Assembly (NCBI GenBank): GCA_965242695.1
Contig: CBDESU010000001.1
Coordinates: 1,952,001-2,016,000 of the forward strand
Direction: 5' to 3'
From: Cenarchaeum sp.
GTDB lineage: Archaea; Thermoproteota; Nitrososphaeria; Nitrososphaerales; Nitrosopumilaceae
DNA: 64,000 nucleotides
Part shown: positions 18,761-29,700 of the stretch, piece by piece
Numbering within the stretch: the stretch's first letter is position 1
How the letters are laid out: every line of letters begins with the position of its first letter
Position numbers and translations under genes: made by a program
Notes under the pieces: model-generated
Told to the model about the DNA's origin: nothing
The model's database searches: none
The model's input: the letters and a program-made list of their open reading frames with translations, nothing else

Positions 18761-19523
18761 ACCCGCGCCCCCCCTTCCGGCGCGGCTCCCCCGCCGCCGC
18801 TGCCGCCGCCGCGCCGTCGTGCCCGTCGTGCGGCAGGTCCATCACTGCGCGCCTCGATATGCGCGGGGGCAGCAGGGCCCGCACGGCCTCGCGCATTGCC
18901 TGCTGCTGCTCCTTGATGCCGCGCGCCGCGTCGATCACGACAAACCTTTCGCGGGACGCCATCGACTCGTACTGCTCGATGATGCGGCTCTGGAATATGC
19001 GGTAGCTCTCGTACGGGTCGCGGCTCAGGTTCAGGTCCATGCCGGCCTCGTAGTACTTTAGGCGCGGGCGGCCGACGAGCATCCGCTCTATGGCGATGTC
19101 GATCGGCGTCCTAAAGTAGAACGACAGGTCCGGCCTCAGCGCGAACCTGTAGATCTTGCGCACCCACGACGGGCTGCACCCGCGCGTCACGTCGCGCGCG
19201 TACGCCGTGTAGATGTAGCGGTCGGCGAGCACGTGGTAGCCGGCCCGCAGCAGCGGCAGTATGTTGCGCTCGTACCGGTCGGCAAAGTCGGTGGCGTGGA
19301 GCAGGCTAAAGGTCGTCGGCGTCAGGTTGGCCTTCTTCTTGCCGCGGGAGGTAATCTCCTTTACGAGGTCAGACGAGTTCCACTCGGTGAGGAACACGTC
19401 GAGGCCGTTGTAGCGCAGCCACCTCTCCAAGAGGCGTATCTGCGTCGACTTGCCCGACCCGTCGATGCCCTCGACGACGATGAGCTTTCCCGGGATTGAG
19501 GCTCGGCCGGCGGCGGGCGTCAT
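18753..19523 (-). CDS. tmk: Thymidylate kinase family protein
   Basis: IVVEGIDGSGKST, LADRYIYT. Confidence 0.9.
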   Translation of the reverse strand: MTPAAGRASIPGKLIVVEGIDGSGKSTQIRLLERWLRYNGLDVFLTEWNSSDLVKEITSRGKKKANLTPTTFSLLHATDFADRYERNILPLLRAGYHVLADRYIYTAYARDVTRGCSPSWVRKIYRFALRPDLSFYFRTPIDIAIERMLVGRPRLKYYEAGMDLNLSRDPYESYRIFQSRIIEQYESMASRERFVVIDAARGIKEQQQAMREAVRALLPPRISRRAVMDLPHDGHDGAAAAAAAGEPRRKGGRGYV

Positions 19524-20183
19524 GCGGCGGCACTCCCCATGGGGGCAGGGCGAGCCGCGCGGGTTTAAGCCTATCGCGGGGCGTGCGATTTTGCGCAGGC
19601 GGCGGGGGAACCGCTCCCCGCGCGCGCTATGCGGCGGCGCGGGATCGCCGGGCGTGCCGCGGCTGTCGAGCCCCGCGGCGGCGGGGGGAGTACCCTGTCC
19701 ACGGCGGGCGGCGCAGCGCAGCCGCTTCCGGCGCGCCCGCCACGGATGCGCCGCGTCGGATCGGCGGGCGGCTCGATCGCCGCGGGCGGATGCGGGCCCC
19801 GCAGCCCCCGCCCCGCCGCGGGACGGAGGAGTGCGTCGAACCGCCGCGCCGGCGGGCCGTGGCGGCATTCCCCTCCCCGGAGGGCCGCGCAGCCCTCAGG
19901 ATGCCCGCAGGCGGTGGGCGGGCATGCGGGCCAAGGCGCACGGGGGGATGGTCAGATGCGGGCGCCGGAATGCGAGCAGGTGCAAAGGGCCGATCCAGTC
20001 GGGCGGTGCAGGGACTTCAAGCCCCGCGGCGGCAGGCGCGGCCGCCGCGCCTGACCGGCCGGGGCATCCCCGGCGGCGCCCGGCAAGGTTTAAACCCCCC
20101 GGCTCGGCGGCCCCGCCGACATCGATTCAAACCGATGGGGAACAGGCCGGCGGCTTGTGCGTTAAGCCGCCGGCCAATCATTG

Positions 20184-22043
20184 TCATTCCAAGAGGGCGC
20201 CAAGCTCGCGCACTCGGTCTCTCACGTACCCGAACCCGCTGCGCCAGAACCGCTCGCCCGCAATGTCAAGGCCGTGCTCGGCGAGCAGGTCCTCGGGCTT
20301 TTGCGAGCCGCCGGCGGCAAGTATCTGCGCGTAGACGGGTGCAAAAGACGGCCCCTCCCTCTTGTACCTCTGGTACAGCGCAAGCGCAAGGAGGTTGCCA
20401 AACGAGTACGAGTAGCAGTAGAACGGCGAGTGGAAAAAGTGCGGGATCGCGACCCACTCGCCGGCGAACGCCCGCGGGACGACGACCGACCGGCCGAACT
20501 GCTCGGACAGGCCGGCCATGTAGGCGTCTGATATGGCGTCCGCGGTGGCCGAGCCGCCCCCCCTTCCCGCGCCGCCGCCGCCGCCGCCGACCAGCTCGTG
20601 CGCCTCCCGCTCGAACGCCGTAAAGAACGACTGCCGCACGACCGTCGCGTACAGCTCGTCGAGGTGCTCGACTGCGATGCGGACGGCCTGCCGCCGCCTC
20701 CACTGCAGGCGGCCGCGCCCGCCGGCCCCGTCCGATCCGGCGGCCGCCAGGCTGTCGTACAGGAGCAGCTCGGCAAAGGTAGAGGCCGTCTCGGCCAGCG
20801 GCAGCGGGGCATCGTGGACCATGATCGACCGGCCGGCGGCGGCCATGCTGTGGACCGCGTGGCCCATCTCGTGGGCTAGCGTGAATACGTCAGAGCGCTC
20901 TCCCGTGTAGCTGAGCAGTATGTAGGGGACGGTCCGCGGCGTCGGCGAGCTGCAGAACGCGCCGTCCCTCTTTCCCGCCCTGACCTCCGAGTCGATGTGG
21001 CCCGAGTCGACGACCCGGCGCGCATGCGCCTCCAGCTCGGGGCTGAACCGGCCGAACGCTCCGAGGACGGCTCGCACGGCCTCGTCGTACGTGTACCTTT
21101 CGGCCGCGGCGGCGGGCGCCGGCGCGTACAGGTCGTACCTGCTCAGCGTCCCCGCGCCGAGCATGCGGGCCTTTAGGCCAAAGTAGGCGCGGAACTCGGA
21201 TGCGCCGCGCCTGCACGCCCCGAGCAGCGACTCCACCGTGGAGTCGTCGACGTCGTTGCCCAGGTTCGTCGCGGATATGGGCGATGCGTGGCCGCGCATG
21301 CCGACGTTCTCGTCGGCCCAATTGAGCGCGATGCTGCGGTATATCTCGGCGAGCACTCCCCTGCTAGCCGAGAACGTCGAGAGCAGCGAGTCGTACGCGC
21401 CCCTCCTGGCGGCCCCCGACGGGCTGCGCACTAGCGCGGCAACCTCTTCTCGCGTCAGTCCCCTCTGCACGCGGGTGCCCCTGCCCCTGCCCGTCCTGAC
21501 GTCGTACCGAAAGGCTCCGGTGATCTTGTCGTAGAGCTTTGCCAGGGCCGACGCCCCCGTCACGTCCAGCGTGTTGATTATCTTTTCCTCGGGCTCGGTG
21601 AGCGTGTACCTTGCGGCGCGGCGCATCTGCTCCAGGTGGTGGCGAAGCTCGCCCGAGCCGGCCGCCAGCCTCTTGGCGTTGCCCTCGTCGATGGACTTTT
21701 CCCACCACAGGTTGAAGAAGAGCATCCGGTTTCCGACGGATGCGCCGAACCGGTCGACGCGGGCAGCCAGGGCCGTGGCCTCCTCGGACTGCGTGTCGGC
21801 CGCGTACCTCAGGCCGGCCGCGGCCGAGACAAGCGCCGACTCCTCCCCCATGCCCTCGATGCGCCGGAGGATCGAGGCGAACTCCTTCTGCGCCATTTTC
21901 GGGTCGAGCGACCTGCGCAGGCGCTCGAACGCCCCGACGCGCCTGTCCATCCGCCCCAGGCGGTCGTCGATCCCGGCGGCGTCTGCCGCGCCCAGCTCGG
22001 ACAGGTCCCACCTGCCCACATCGTACCCTTTGGGGGCGGCCAC
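20184..22043 (-). CDS. pepF: Oligoendopeptidase F (M3B family)
   Basis: WDLSEL, GKRDGAFC, TLAHEMGH, LAETASTF, PHFFHSPFYCYSY; GTG start inferred. Confidence 0.92.
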   Translation of the reverse strand: MAAPKGYDVGRWDLSELGAADAAGIDDRLGRMDRRVGAFERLRRSLDPKMAQKEFASILRRIEGMGEESALVSAAAGLRYAADTQSEEATALAARVDRFGASVGNRMLFFNLWWEKSIDEGNAKRLAAGSGELRHHLEQMRRAARYTLTEPEEKIINTLDVTGASALAKLYDKITGAFRYDVRTGRGRGTRVQRGLTREEVAALVRSPSGAARRGAYDSLLSTFSASRGVLAEIYRSIALNWADENVGMRGHASPISATNLGNDVDDSTVESLLGACRRGASEFRAYFGLKARMLGAGTLSRYDLYAPAPAAAAERYTYDEAVRAVLGAFGRFSPELEAHARRVVDSGHIDSEVRAGKRDGAFCSSPTPRTVPYILLSYTGERSDVFTLAHEMGHAVHSMAAAGRSIMVHDAPLPLAETASTFAELLLYDSLAAAGSDGAGGRGRLQWRRRQAVRIAVEHLDELYATVVRQSFFTAFEREAHELVGGGGGGAGRGGGSATADAISDAYMAGLSEQFGRSVVVPRAFAGEWVAIPHFFHSPFYCYSYSFGNLLALALYQRYKREGPSFAPVYAQILAAGGSQKPEDLLAEHGLDIAGERFWRSGFGYVRDRVRELGALLE

Positions 22044-22114
22044 GCGGCGCGGCGATCCCTTCGGCGTTAAAAACGGTCGCGGCGCCGGCGCCGGCGCCGG
22101 CCGCGGCCGCGGCG

Positions 22115-22375
22115 TCAGCCGTACTCCTTGTGCACGTAGCACCAGCGCCAGCGCCCGTCCGGCAGGGCCTCCATTACGGGGTGGCCCGTCTGCTCAAAGT
22201 GCTTCGTTGCGTGTCGACCCACAGACGAGTCGCAGCATCCGACGTGCCCGCACGTGAGGCACATCCGCACCGCAACCCAGGGAGTGCGGTCCTCGAGGCA
22301 CTCCTCGCACCCGTCCGTCCTCGGCTGCACCCCCTCCGCGGCCCGGCCGTAGTGCTCGCACTTTGCCCCCTGCAT
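22115..22375 (-). CDS. Stand-alone UBP-type zinc finger protein
   Basis: CEEC, CLTCGHVGCCDSS..HA..HF...HP, WCY. Confidence 0.88.
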   Translation of the reverse strand: MQGAKCEHYGRAAEGVQPRTDGCEECLEDRTPWVAVRMCLTCGHVGCCDSSVGRHATKHFEQTGHPVMEALPDGRWRWCYVHKEYG

Positions 22376-22457
22376 GCGGCGCGGCTGGAGGCGGGCGAAA
22401 ATTAAAGGTTGCCGGGCAGGGGCCGCGGCGGCGACGGCCGAGGCCGCGCGGAATGGC

Positions 22458-22573
22458 TGGTGGACCGGATGGGATTTGAACCCATGACCCTTGCGGGACT
22501 GCCGCCGGCGCCTGCGCCGCGGCCGCCCTTACGCAGTGTGAGTGCGTCATCCTAGCCGCTAGACAACCGGTCC
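22458..22573 (-). tRNA. tRNA-Val(CAC) with a 40-nt intron (22490..22529) in the variable region; CCA encoded
   Basis: Acceptor GGACCGG/CCGGTCC; anticodon arm ACGCA-CT CAC AC-TGCGT; T arm ATGGG-TTCAAAT-CCCAT; removing 40 nt restores the AGGTC variable loop and a 76-nt tRNA. Confidence 0.9.
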
Positions 22574-22654
22574 GGCGCGGGCGGGCCTGCAAGCGCTTTT
22601 GTATCTTTGTCCCGCATGCGCGGCAGAGGACAGGGCCGGCCCCGCGCCGGCGGC

Positions 22655-22822
22655 CTACTTCTTGGCCCCCAGGTTGCGGTTCTTGAGGCGCAGGTTGGGG
22701 TTCTTGCACTTGCGGCACCGCGTGGCGGCAAGCGAGTTGCGGGCCCCGCAGTAGAAGCAGATCTTCATGTGCAGGCGCGCCTTTTGCGCGATCTGCTTCT
22801 TGGCCACGTCCGTGATCGGCAT
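22655..22822 (-). CDS. rpl40e: 50S ribosomal protein L40e
   Basis: Hand translation MPITDVAKKQIAQKARLHMKICFYCGARNSLAATRCRKCKNPNLRLKNRNLGAKK. Confidence 0.93.
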   Translation of the reverse strand: MPITDVAKKQIAQKARLHMKICFYCGARNSLAATRCRKCKNPNLRLKNRNLGAKK

Positions 22823-22855
22823 TGGTGTCCGCCCCCCGCACGGCCCCCATTTAAC

Positions 22856-23836
22856 CTAGCCGGACTGGCCGCCCGCGCCGCCGCCGCCCGTCCCGCCCAG
22901 CTTTGTGGCCAGCAGGACCGGCACCTCGGCGGGCCTCTTGGCTACCGGCACGTTGGCCCTGCCGAACATGGCCACCTTGGACTCGGCCGACCCGTACGTG
23001 CCCATTACGATGGCCCCCGCGTGCCCCATCCTCTTCTCCTTGGGGGCGGCCCTGCCGGCGATGTACGCCACGACGGGCTTTTCGAACCCGGTGTCTATGA
23101 TGCGCTGCGCTAGCAGCTCTTCGGCGTCGCCGCCGATCTCGCCGACGACGACGACCCCGCGCAGCCCCCCGATGCGGCGGGCCATCTCGAACGCGTCCGT
23201 CAGGCGCGTGCCGTTGACGGGATCGCCTCCGATCCCGATCGTTATGCACTGCCCGAACCCCGCCTGCGTGAGGGCGTTTGATATCTCGTAGAGGAGCGTG
23301 CCGCTCTTGGAGAGGACCGCGATGTCGCCCTCCCTGAAGGGGCTGGCCGGCATTATCCCGACCTTTATGGTCCCCGGTATGATGACGCCCGGGGTGTTCG
23401 GGCCGATCACGGTCGCCCCCTTTTCGGCGGCCATTCCGAGCAGCTCGAGCGTGTCCCTGACCGGGACGTGCTCGGGTATGGCTACGAGCAGCCTGATGCC
23501 CGCCTCCAGGGCGTCGCACGCGGCGGGCAGAAAGTGGCGCGCAGGCACGAACACGGCCGATATCTCGGCGCCGGTCGCCTTGACGGCGTCGGCGACCGTG
23601 TCGTAGATGGGTATGCCGTCAAAGTCCTGCCCGCCCTTGCCCGGCGTCACGCCGGCTGCCACGTTCGTCCCGTACTCGACCATGAGCCGCGTGTGGTGCG
23701 AGCCGAACTTGCCCGTGATTCCCTGTATTATGACGGGCTTTTTTCCGGCCCCCTCGGGAGCCCCGCCGCCGAGCAGCGCGTACACGTCCTGGACGGCCGC
23801 GGCGGCGGCGGCGGCGGCGGCCTGCCCGGCGCTCAT
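22856..23836 (-). CDS. sucD: Succinyl-CoA synthetase alpha subunit
   Basis: IQGITGK, GVTPGKGG, IGPNTPG, GEIGG, RMGHAGA. Confidence 0.96.
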   Translation of the reverse strand: MSAGQAAAAAAAAAVQDVYALLGGGAPEGAGKKPVIIQGITGKFGSHHTRLMVEYGTNVAAGVTPGKGGQDFDGIPIYDTVADAVKATGAEISAVFVPARHFLPAACDALEAGIRLLVAIPEHVPVRDTLELLGMAAEKGATVIGPNTPGVIIPGTIKVGIMPASPFREGDIAVLSKSGTLLYEISNALTQAGFGQCITIGIGGDPVNGTRLTDAFEMARRIGGLRGVVVVGEIGGDAEELLAQRIIDTGFEKPVVAYIAGRAAPKEKRMGHAGAIVMGTYGSAESKVAMFGRANVPVAKRPAEVPVLLATKLGGTGGGGAGGQSG

Positions 23837-24942
23837 TTTCGCCCGACCTCCATGACGGTAGCGCCTATCGCATCCTCGACCGTGTCGAACAGCCTTGTGC
23901 GCGTGCCGTCGAGCATCTCCCTTGCCTTTTCCGACTCGGCGCCGCGCAACCTCGCGAACACGGGCAGGTCGATGACGCCGTCGTCGTACGCCTTGATGAA
24001 CGCGGCGGCCACCGTCGTCGTCTTTACGATGCCGCCGTACAGGTTGACGAGTATCCCCTTGGCGCGGCCCATGGTGCTGATCAACGTGAGCGCCTCGTAC
24101 ACCGACTCGGTCGTCGCCCCGCCCCCGACATCCAGAAAGCACGCCGGCCTGCCGCCGCTGTCGGCGAGCATGTCGAGCGTCGACATTACCAGCCCCGCGC
24201 CGTTGCCGACGACTGCGATGTTGCCGTCGAGCTCTACTAGCGAGAACCCGCTCTTTTCGGCCCGCTCCTCGATCTCGGAGACCTCTTGGTACTTTGCGAG
24301 CTCGGGGTGCCTAAAGTTAGAGTTGTCGTCGGTCATTACCTTGCCGTCTAGCGCAAGCAGCGAGCCGTCCGAGAGGACGGCAAGGGGGTTGATCTCGGCA
24401 AGCTCGGCCTCCTTTTCGACCGTCAGCCGCGAGAGCGACGACAGTATGGAGACCAGGCTGTCCGCGGCCCCGCCGGACAGGCCGAGGTCGGATGCGACCT
24501 GCCTTGCATCCTCGTCTCCCACGCTGCCGAGGCCGACCTCCCTTATGACCTGGTTCTTGACCGACTCGATCTCGACGCCGCCCTCGGCCGATGCGATCAC
24601 CGTGTAGCAGCGCCTGCTGCGGTTCAGGAACAGCGACAGGTACAGCTCGCGCGAGATGTCCGCCGTCCTCTCGAGCAGGACCGCGCGCGCCCTCTCGCCC
24701 TTGACCGTCATGCCGGCCACCTGCGGGTACTTTAGCTCTAGCTCGTCGGCGCTGCCGCACTTTTGGATGCCGCCTGCCTTGCCACGCCCGCCGACTGGCA
24801 CCTGGATCTTTGCGACAAACGGGTAGCCGATCTCGCCCGCGGCGGCCCTCGCATCCTCCATGCTGCGGCATACGCGGCCCTGCGGCACGGGTACGCCGTA
24901 CTCGGCGAACAGCTCCTTTGCCTGGTACTCTAGCAGGCGCAC
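23833..24942 (-). CDS. sucC: Succinyl-CoA synthetase beta subunit
   Basis: LLEYQAKELF, GGRGKAGG, EINPL, NGAGL, FLDVGGGA; GTG start. Confidence 0.95.
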   Translation of the reverse strand: MRLLEYQAKELFAEYGVPVPQGRVCRSMEDARAAAGEIGYPFVAKIQVPVGGRGKAGGIQKCGSADELELKYPQVAGMTVKGERARAVLLERTADISRELYLSLFLNRSRRCYTVIASAEGGVEIESVKNQVIREVGLGSVGDEDARQVASDLGLSGGAADSLVSILSSLSRLTVEKEAELAEINPLAVLSDGSLLALDGKVMTDDNSNFRHPELAKYQEVSEIEERAEKSGFSLVELDGNIAVVGNGAGLVMSTLDMLADSGGRPACFLDVGGGATTESVYEALTLISTMGRAKGILVNLYGGIVKTTTVAAAFIKAYDDGVIDLPVFARLRGAESEKAREMLDGTRTRLFDTVEDAIGATVMEVGRK

Positions 24943-25269
24943 ATTGCCGCGCCCCGGCCCGATCCTTATATCTGATGGGGCGGCCGCGGCATGCGGCCGG
25001 GTGCCCGGGGCGGCGCCGGCGATGCGGGCCGGCGCGCCGCAACGCAGGGCGGGCAGGCGGCCGTTCGCGCCGTGGCGCGGCATGCCGGCGGCTGCGCCGC
25101 GGGGGAACGGCGCGGGAATTCGAGGCCGCATGCCCCCCTTCCCGCCCCTCCCACCGTCCGCCCAGACGGGCCAGCAGCGCCGTCCCGGCCGCGGATGCGG
25201 CCCGGCTTTACGGCAGCGCGGGCCCTGCGCCGCCCCCGCTACCGCCGCACTTATGTACGGCCCCGCGGC

Positions 25270-26055
25270 ATGGGCGGCATGGACAGCGCGCCGCCGAGCG
25301 ATGCGGGGAAAGGCAGGCACTATGGCGGCGCCGGCGCACCCTCCGGCAGCAGCGAGGAATGCAACGCCAGCGTTTCCTTGCCGGAGCGGGGCACAGAGTT
25401 CACAGGGAGGCAGGTGTGCGAGCGGTTCGGCGTAAAAAAGCGCGGCCGCATACGGGTCAACCACGAGTCAAGGATCGTCGTGCTGGTCGACGGCGCCGAT
25501 GCCCCGACCCGAGGCAGGAACGCGGGGCGCGGCGATTATCTCGAATTCGGCGGCCACGGCGTGGATGCCCAAAGCGGGATGAGGTCTGACGATATTGCGC
25601 TTCCCAATTCGCGCGCAGAGGGCTACGAGGTGCTGTACTTTGCCAAAAGACGCGGCCGGCTCCGCTTTGAGGGGCTCGTCGAGTGCACGCACCACACTCT
25701 CCCCGGTGACGTCCGTCCCGGCCGGAAGATCTCCTTTAGGCTCGGGCCGATCAGGGGGGCGCGCAGCGGCCCCGCAAGGCTCTTTCCCATCGCAATCACG
25801 CCAGAGTCGCTTGACCGCGTAGTGGACTGCCTAGCTCGTTCTGGCATGGTGCACGCCGACGGCGAAGCCATCCAGCTGGCCTCCGGCAGCCAGCAAGCGG
25901 CGGCGAAGGATGCGGAAGATGTCGAGAGCTGCATTGAAACGCTCGAAATACTTGCCGACCCCGACCTTGTCGAGGAGATCAGGGAGAGCGAGGCAGATCT
26001 CCTAGCCGGAAGGGTCGTTCCGTGGGTAAAGGGCAGGGCGCAAAACACGCGGTAG
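25270..26055 (+). CDS. Hypothetical protein: SRA-like N-terminal domain plus Phd/YefM-like C-terminal tail
   Basis: FGV..RGRIRV..IVVLV..YLEFGGHG..VLYFAK..RFEG resembles McrA-type SRA domains; tail ETLEILADPDLVEEIRESEADLLAGRV. Confidence 0.5.
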   Translation: MGGMDSAPPSDAGKGRHYGGAGAPSGSSEECNASVSLPERGTEFTGRQVCERFGVKKRGRIRVNHESRIVVLVDGADAPTRGRNAGRGDYLEFGGHGVDAQSGMRSDDIALPNSRAEGYEVLYFAKRRGRLRFEGLVECTHHTLPGDVRPGRKISFRLGPIRGARSGPARLFPIAITPESLDRVVDCLARSGMVHADGEAIQLASGSQQAAAKDAEDVESCIETLEILADPDLVEEIRESEADLLAGRVVPWVKGRAQNTR

Positions 26056-26434
26056 CCCTGCGCGGTGCCGCACCCGCTCCTACAAAAAAGCGACTGGCGG
26101 GGGGCCGCGCGGGGTGATCAAGGCTCCCGCGTCATCCAGGGTCAACCCAGCCCAGAGCGCATGCGAGTCCCGCCCGGACAGAGGCCTCGCGCGGGCCTGT
26201 CCAGGCGCGGGACGGCGGCCGGTACGAGATGCCCGGGCGTCCGGCGCCAGCCCGTGCCGCCGGCCCGCGCGCTTTCGGCCGCCACGGCCCGCGCTGCCGC
26301 TGGCGCCGTGCGCGCGCCGCCCGGCCTGCGCGGCGGACCAGCGGCATGCGCGCAGGGGGAGAAGAAGGCATCCGCCGCCCGGTCCGCGCGCCGCCGCCAC
26401 CGCCGCCGCCCGGCCCGCGGCGGGGAGCGTAATC

Positions 26435-26767
26435 CTACGGCCCGGCTTGATCCTCGAGGGACGCGACGACCTCGCGGAACACGTCGCGGCTCTTCCTGAG
26501 CAGCACGCCGGGGTACTCGTCGAGCCCGTACACCATCTGCTCGCGAAAGTCGGGCGGGACGACCCCGCCGGACGCGACGAGCTGCTCGACGACATGGGTG
26601 CTCGTAAGCGTGCACACCGCCTCTTCGTACGACCCGTTCTCCTCCTCGATGACCCTCCTGTACAGCACTATCGGCGCGTTTGCGCGGCGCGCCGCCGCCG
26701 CGCCCCCCCTCAGCAGCTTTGCAAGGTGGCCGGCCTGCCACGCGTCCAGGTCGATCTGCTTGCTCAT
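26435..26767 (-). CDS. Hypothetical protein
   Basis: Balanced globular composition (MSKQIDLDAWQ...); directly downstream of ileS. Confidence 0.7.
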   Translation of the reverse strand: MSKQIDLDAWQAGHLAKLLRGGAAAARRANAPIVLYRRVIEEENGSYEEAVCTLTSTHVVEQLVASGGVVPPDFREQMVYGLDEYPGVLLRKSRDVFREVVASLEDQAGP

Positions 26768-26791
26768 GCGGCGCATCCGCAGGAATTGTAT

Positions 26792-29700
26792 TTAACCGAG
26801 GCCTGGGCCGGATCCCGGATCCCGAGCCCGCCGGATTGCAATCCGCACGGCCTGCCCGTCGACATCCTCGTCCTTGTAGGGCCCTTCGCACCGGCCCTCA
26901 AAGTCGACCGCCCGGGCCCGCACGAGGAACGCAAGCTCGCCGGCCCTCGGCCCGAGCAGCTCGGCCTGGCGCGCATCCAGGCCAGCGACGGACGCGGCGT
27001 CGAGCATGTCCGCAGGATCGCATCCCCTCTCCTTGCGCAGCGACTGGATGCGCCGCGCCAGGTCCTTGAGCAGGCCCCTCGCGGCCATCTCCTCGCTGCG
27101 CCGCGTCGACAGGAACGCGACCACGCCGCCGTGGTCGGCCGCCGCGTACCCGCCGGCCGCCGTGAACCCGATGTCAAAGTCCCCGTCGGTCAGCGCGATC
27201 GACGGCGTTCCCGCTGGCGGGCCGCGCGGCGCATCCCCCTCACCCGCATTCCGCGCGCCGGCAGGGTCGGGCACCTCCACTTCGATGCGCCCGTCCCTGC
27301 ACAGCGCCTCCGCTACCGCGCGCCCGCCGATGGCATCGAGGGCGGCCGGCAGGCGCGCCATCAGGCGCCCGGCGCGGGCGCCGACCTTTTTCCGATCAAG
27401 GGCGGCCGTCGGCTCCACGGGCAGTCCCATCCGGATCATCTCGCGGACGCGCTGCGCTCCTCCGCCCTCGCCGCCGCCGCCCTTCCCGCCCTCGCTTCCC
27501 GCCGGCGCATCGGCGAGCGTGCGCACCTCGCACCGCTCCACGTTGAGGCGCTCGGCGAGCATGCCGCCGGGCAGCGACTCGAGCGGGCCGGCCCCGCCGA
27601 GCCGCTCCGGCACGCATACGATCGCCTCGCCGAGCGGCCAGCGGCGCTTGAGGCCGGCCTTCATGCGGGCAGCGGCGCACGCGGATGCGGCCTCGCCGAG
27701 CAGCCCGAACGACCTCTCGACCCCCTCGTCGACGAGCGACTCGTCGGGCTCGGGCCAGGGCTCGAGCAGGACGGAGCTGCGCCGGCCGCCGAGCGCCTCG
27801 GCGTACAGGTGCTCGGTAAGGAAGGGGCATGCGGGGTGCAGCATGACGACGGCCGCGCGCAGGGCCTCGCGCATTACGGCGTGGATGGCAAGGCGCCGGT
27901 CCCTGCCGTCCGGCCCGTCGTCCCACAGCTCGGCCCGCACTGCCGGCACGTACGACTGGCTGACGGCGCCTACGACAAACTCGTCTATCGCGCGGACCGC
28001 CTCGTGGAGGCGGCACGCGTCGCTACGCGCCGTCACGTACCGCACCAGCCCCTGCAGCCGGGAGAGCAGCCACCGGTCGGCGTGCCCTAGCAGCGACCTC
28101 TCTGCCGCCCACCCGACCGTATGCTCGGCCGCGTCAAACCCGTCGTACGACGAGTTCTGCGCGTGGTGGAGGTGCAGGTGGTACAGCGTGCTGGCCACCT
28201 GGTACGGCCTGGCCGAGACCTCCTTCCTGTCGAAGCTGAGCGGCTCTATCGGGCTCGCCTTCCACAGCAGGTAGAGCCTGACGAGGTCGACGGGCGCCTC
28301 GGACAGCAGGGCCTCGGCGTCGATCACGTTGCCCAGGCTCTTGCTCATCTTGCCGCCCTTTTCGTCGAGGACGTGGCCCTGGAACAGGAACGAGCGGAAC
28401 GGCGCCTCGGGCCGGCCGCCGGAGAGTATTACATGCTCGACGAGCAGCGTGTACGCCCAGCCGCGCGTCTGGTCTATGCCCTCCGTCAGGAACTGCACGG
28501 GGACGTGCTCGGCGTGCGCGGCCGCCCCGAGCGAAGAGTACGGCGCCGAGCCGCTGTTGTGCCACGTGTCGAGCACGTACGGCTCCCTCTCGGAGCGGCC
28601 GCCGCATCTCGAGCAGGCGACCGCGATGCGGTCCAGCCACGGCCTGTGGAGCTCGAGCTCCCCGGCGGGCCTCCCGCCCGCCTTGCCCGCCGCCTCGGAT
28701 ATCTCGGCCCTCGTAAAGAGCCAGTCCGTGTTGCCGCAGGCGGAGCACGTCCATGCTGGAAGGGGGCACCCCCAGAACCTCTCGCGCGATATGCACCACG
28801 GGTGCCTCTCGCCGACTATCGCCAGGAAGCGGTTGCGAGGCTGCTCGAAAAAGTACTCTGCGGAGCCGGCGGCCCTCACGGCCGCGTCGCCGAGCCTGTC
28901 GAGCTTGTAGAACCAGCCGCGCCTTGCAAGCCACACTATGCGGTGGCGCGAGCGCCAGCACAGCGGGTACTTGTGCCGGATGCGCCCTATGCGGACGAGC
29001 GCGCCGGCCGCGCGGAGGTCGTCGACTATGGCCCTGTCGGCGTCGCGCACGTACGAGCCCGAGTACGCGCCGGCGTCTGCCGTGAACACGGCCGCGTCGT
29101 CTATCGGGCAGAACACGGCGACGCCCCTCTCGCGGGCGACCCGTATGTCCTCCTCGCCGTTGGCCGGCGAGAGGTGGACCAGGCCGCTGCCCGCGTTCGA
29201 ATCGACGAACCGGTCGGCGACGACCGTATGAAACGCCGCGCCGCCCTTTCCTCCCTCCGCCAGCCCGCGCAGGGCGGGCACCTTTTCGTACAGCGGGTGC
29301 TCGTAGCGGCGCCCGTCGAGCTCGGAGCCCCCGACGGAGCCGGCCTCCTCGTACTCGGAGACGCCGGCCTCCTCGAGCAGCGCCTCCATGCGCGAGGCGC
29401 CCACAATCCACACCTCGCCCGAGCCGCCGCCCGCGGCCGCCGCAGGCACCCGCACGCGGCGGTACTCCTCGTCGGGATGCACGCCGACCATCGCGTCCGT
29501 GACCAGCGTGAACGGCATCGTGGTCCACACGACGAGGTACTCGGGGTCGGCCCCGGCATCCCCGCCGGCCAGCCTCACCTTGTAGTACAGCGACGGGTCG
29601 GCGACCTCCTCGTACCCCTGGTTGACCTCGGCGTGGCTCAGCGACGTCTGGCAGCTCGGGCAGTACGCGATCACCGTATGGTCGGCCTCGAGTACGTTCG

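Noticed and set aside
18026-19523. Tandem thymidylate kinase paralogs
   Set aside because: To my knowledge a recurring arrangement in this lineage; not novel
19524-20183. Long GC-rich spacers (also 24943-25269 and 30221-30904)
   Set aside because: They form hairpins trivially because of GC content; no conserved motif or credible ORF
22115-22375. UBP zinc finger as a reader of the GG-ending cassette proteins
   Set aside because: Stand-alone prokaryotic UBP-type fingers are widespread and this one is not linked to the cassettes
22458-22573. tRNA as an integration site
   Set aside because: No integrase and no duplicated tRNA 3' end seen
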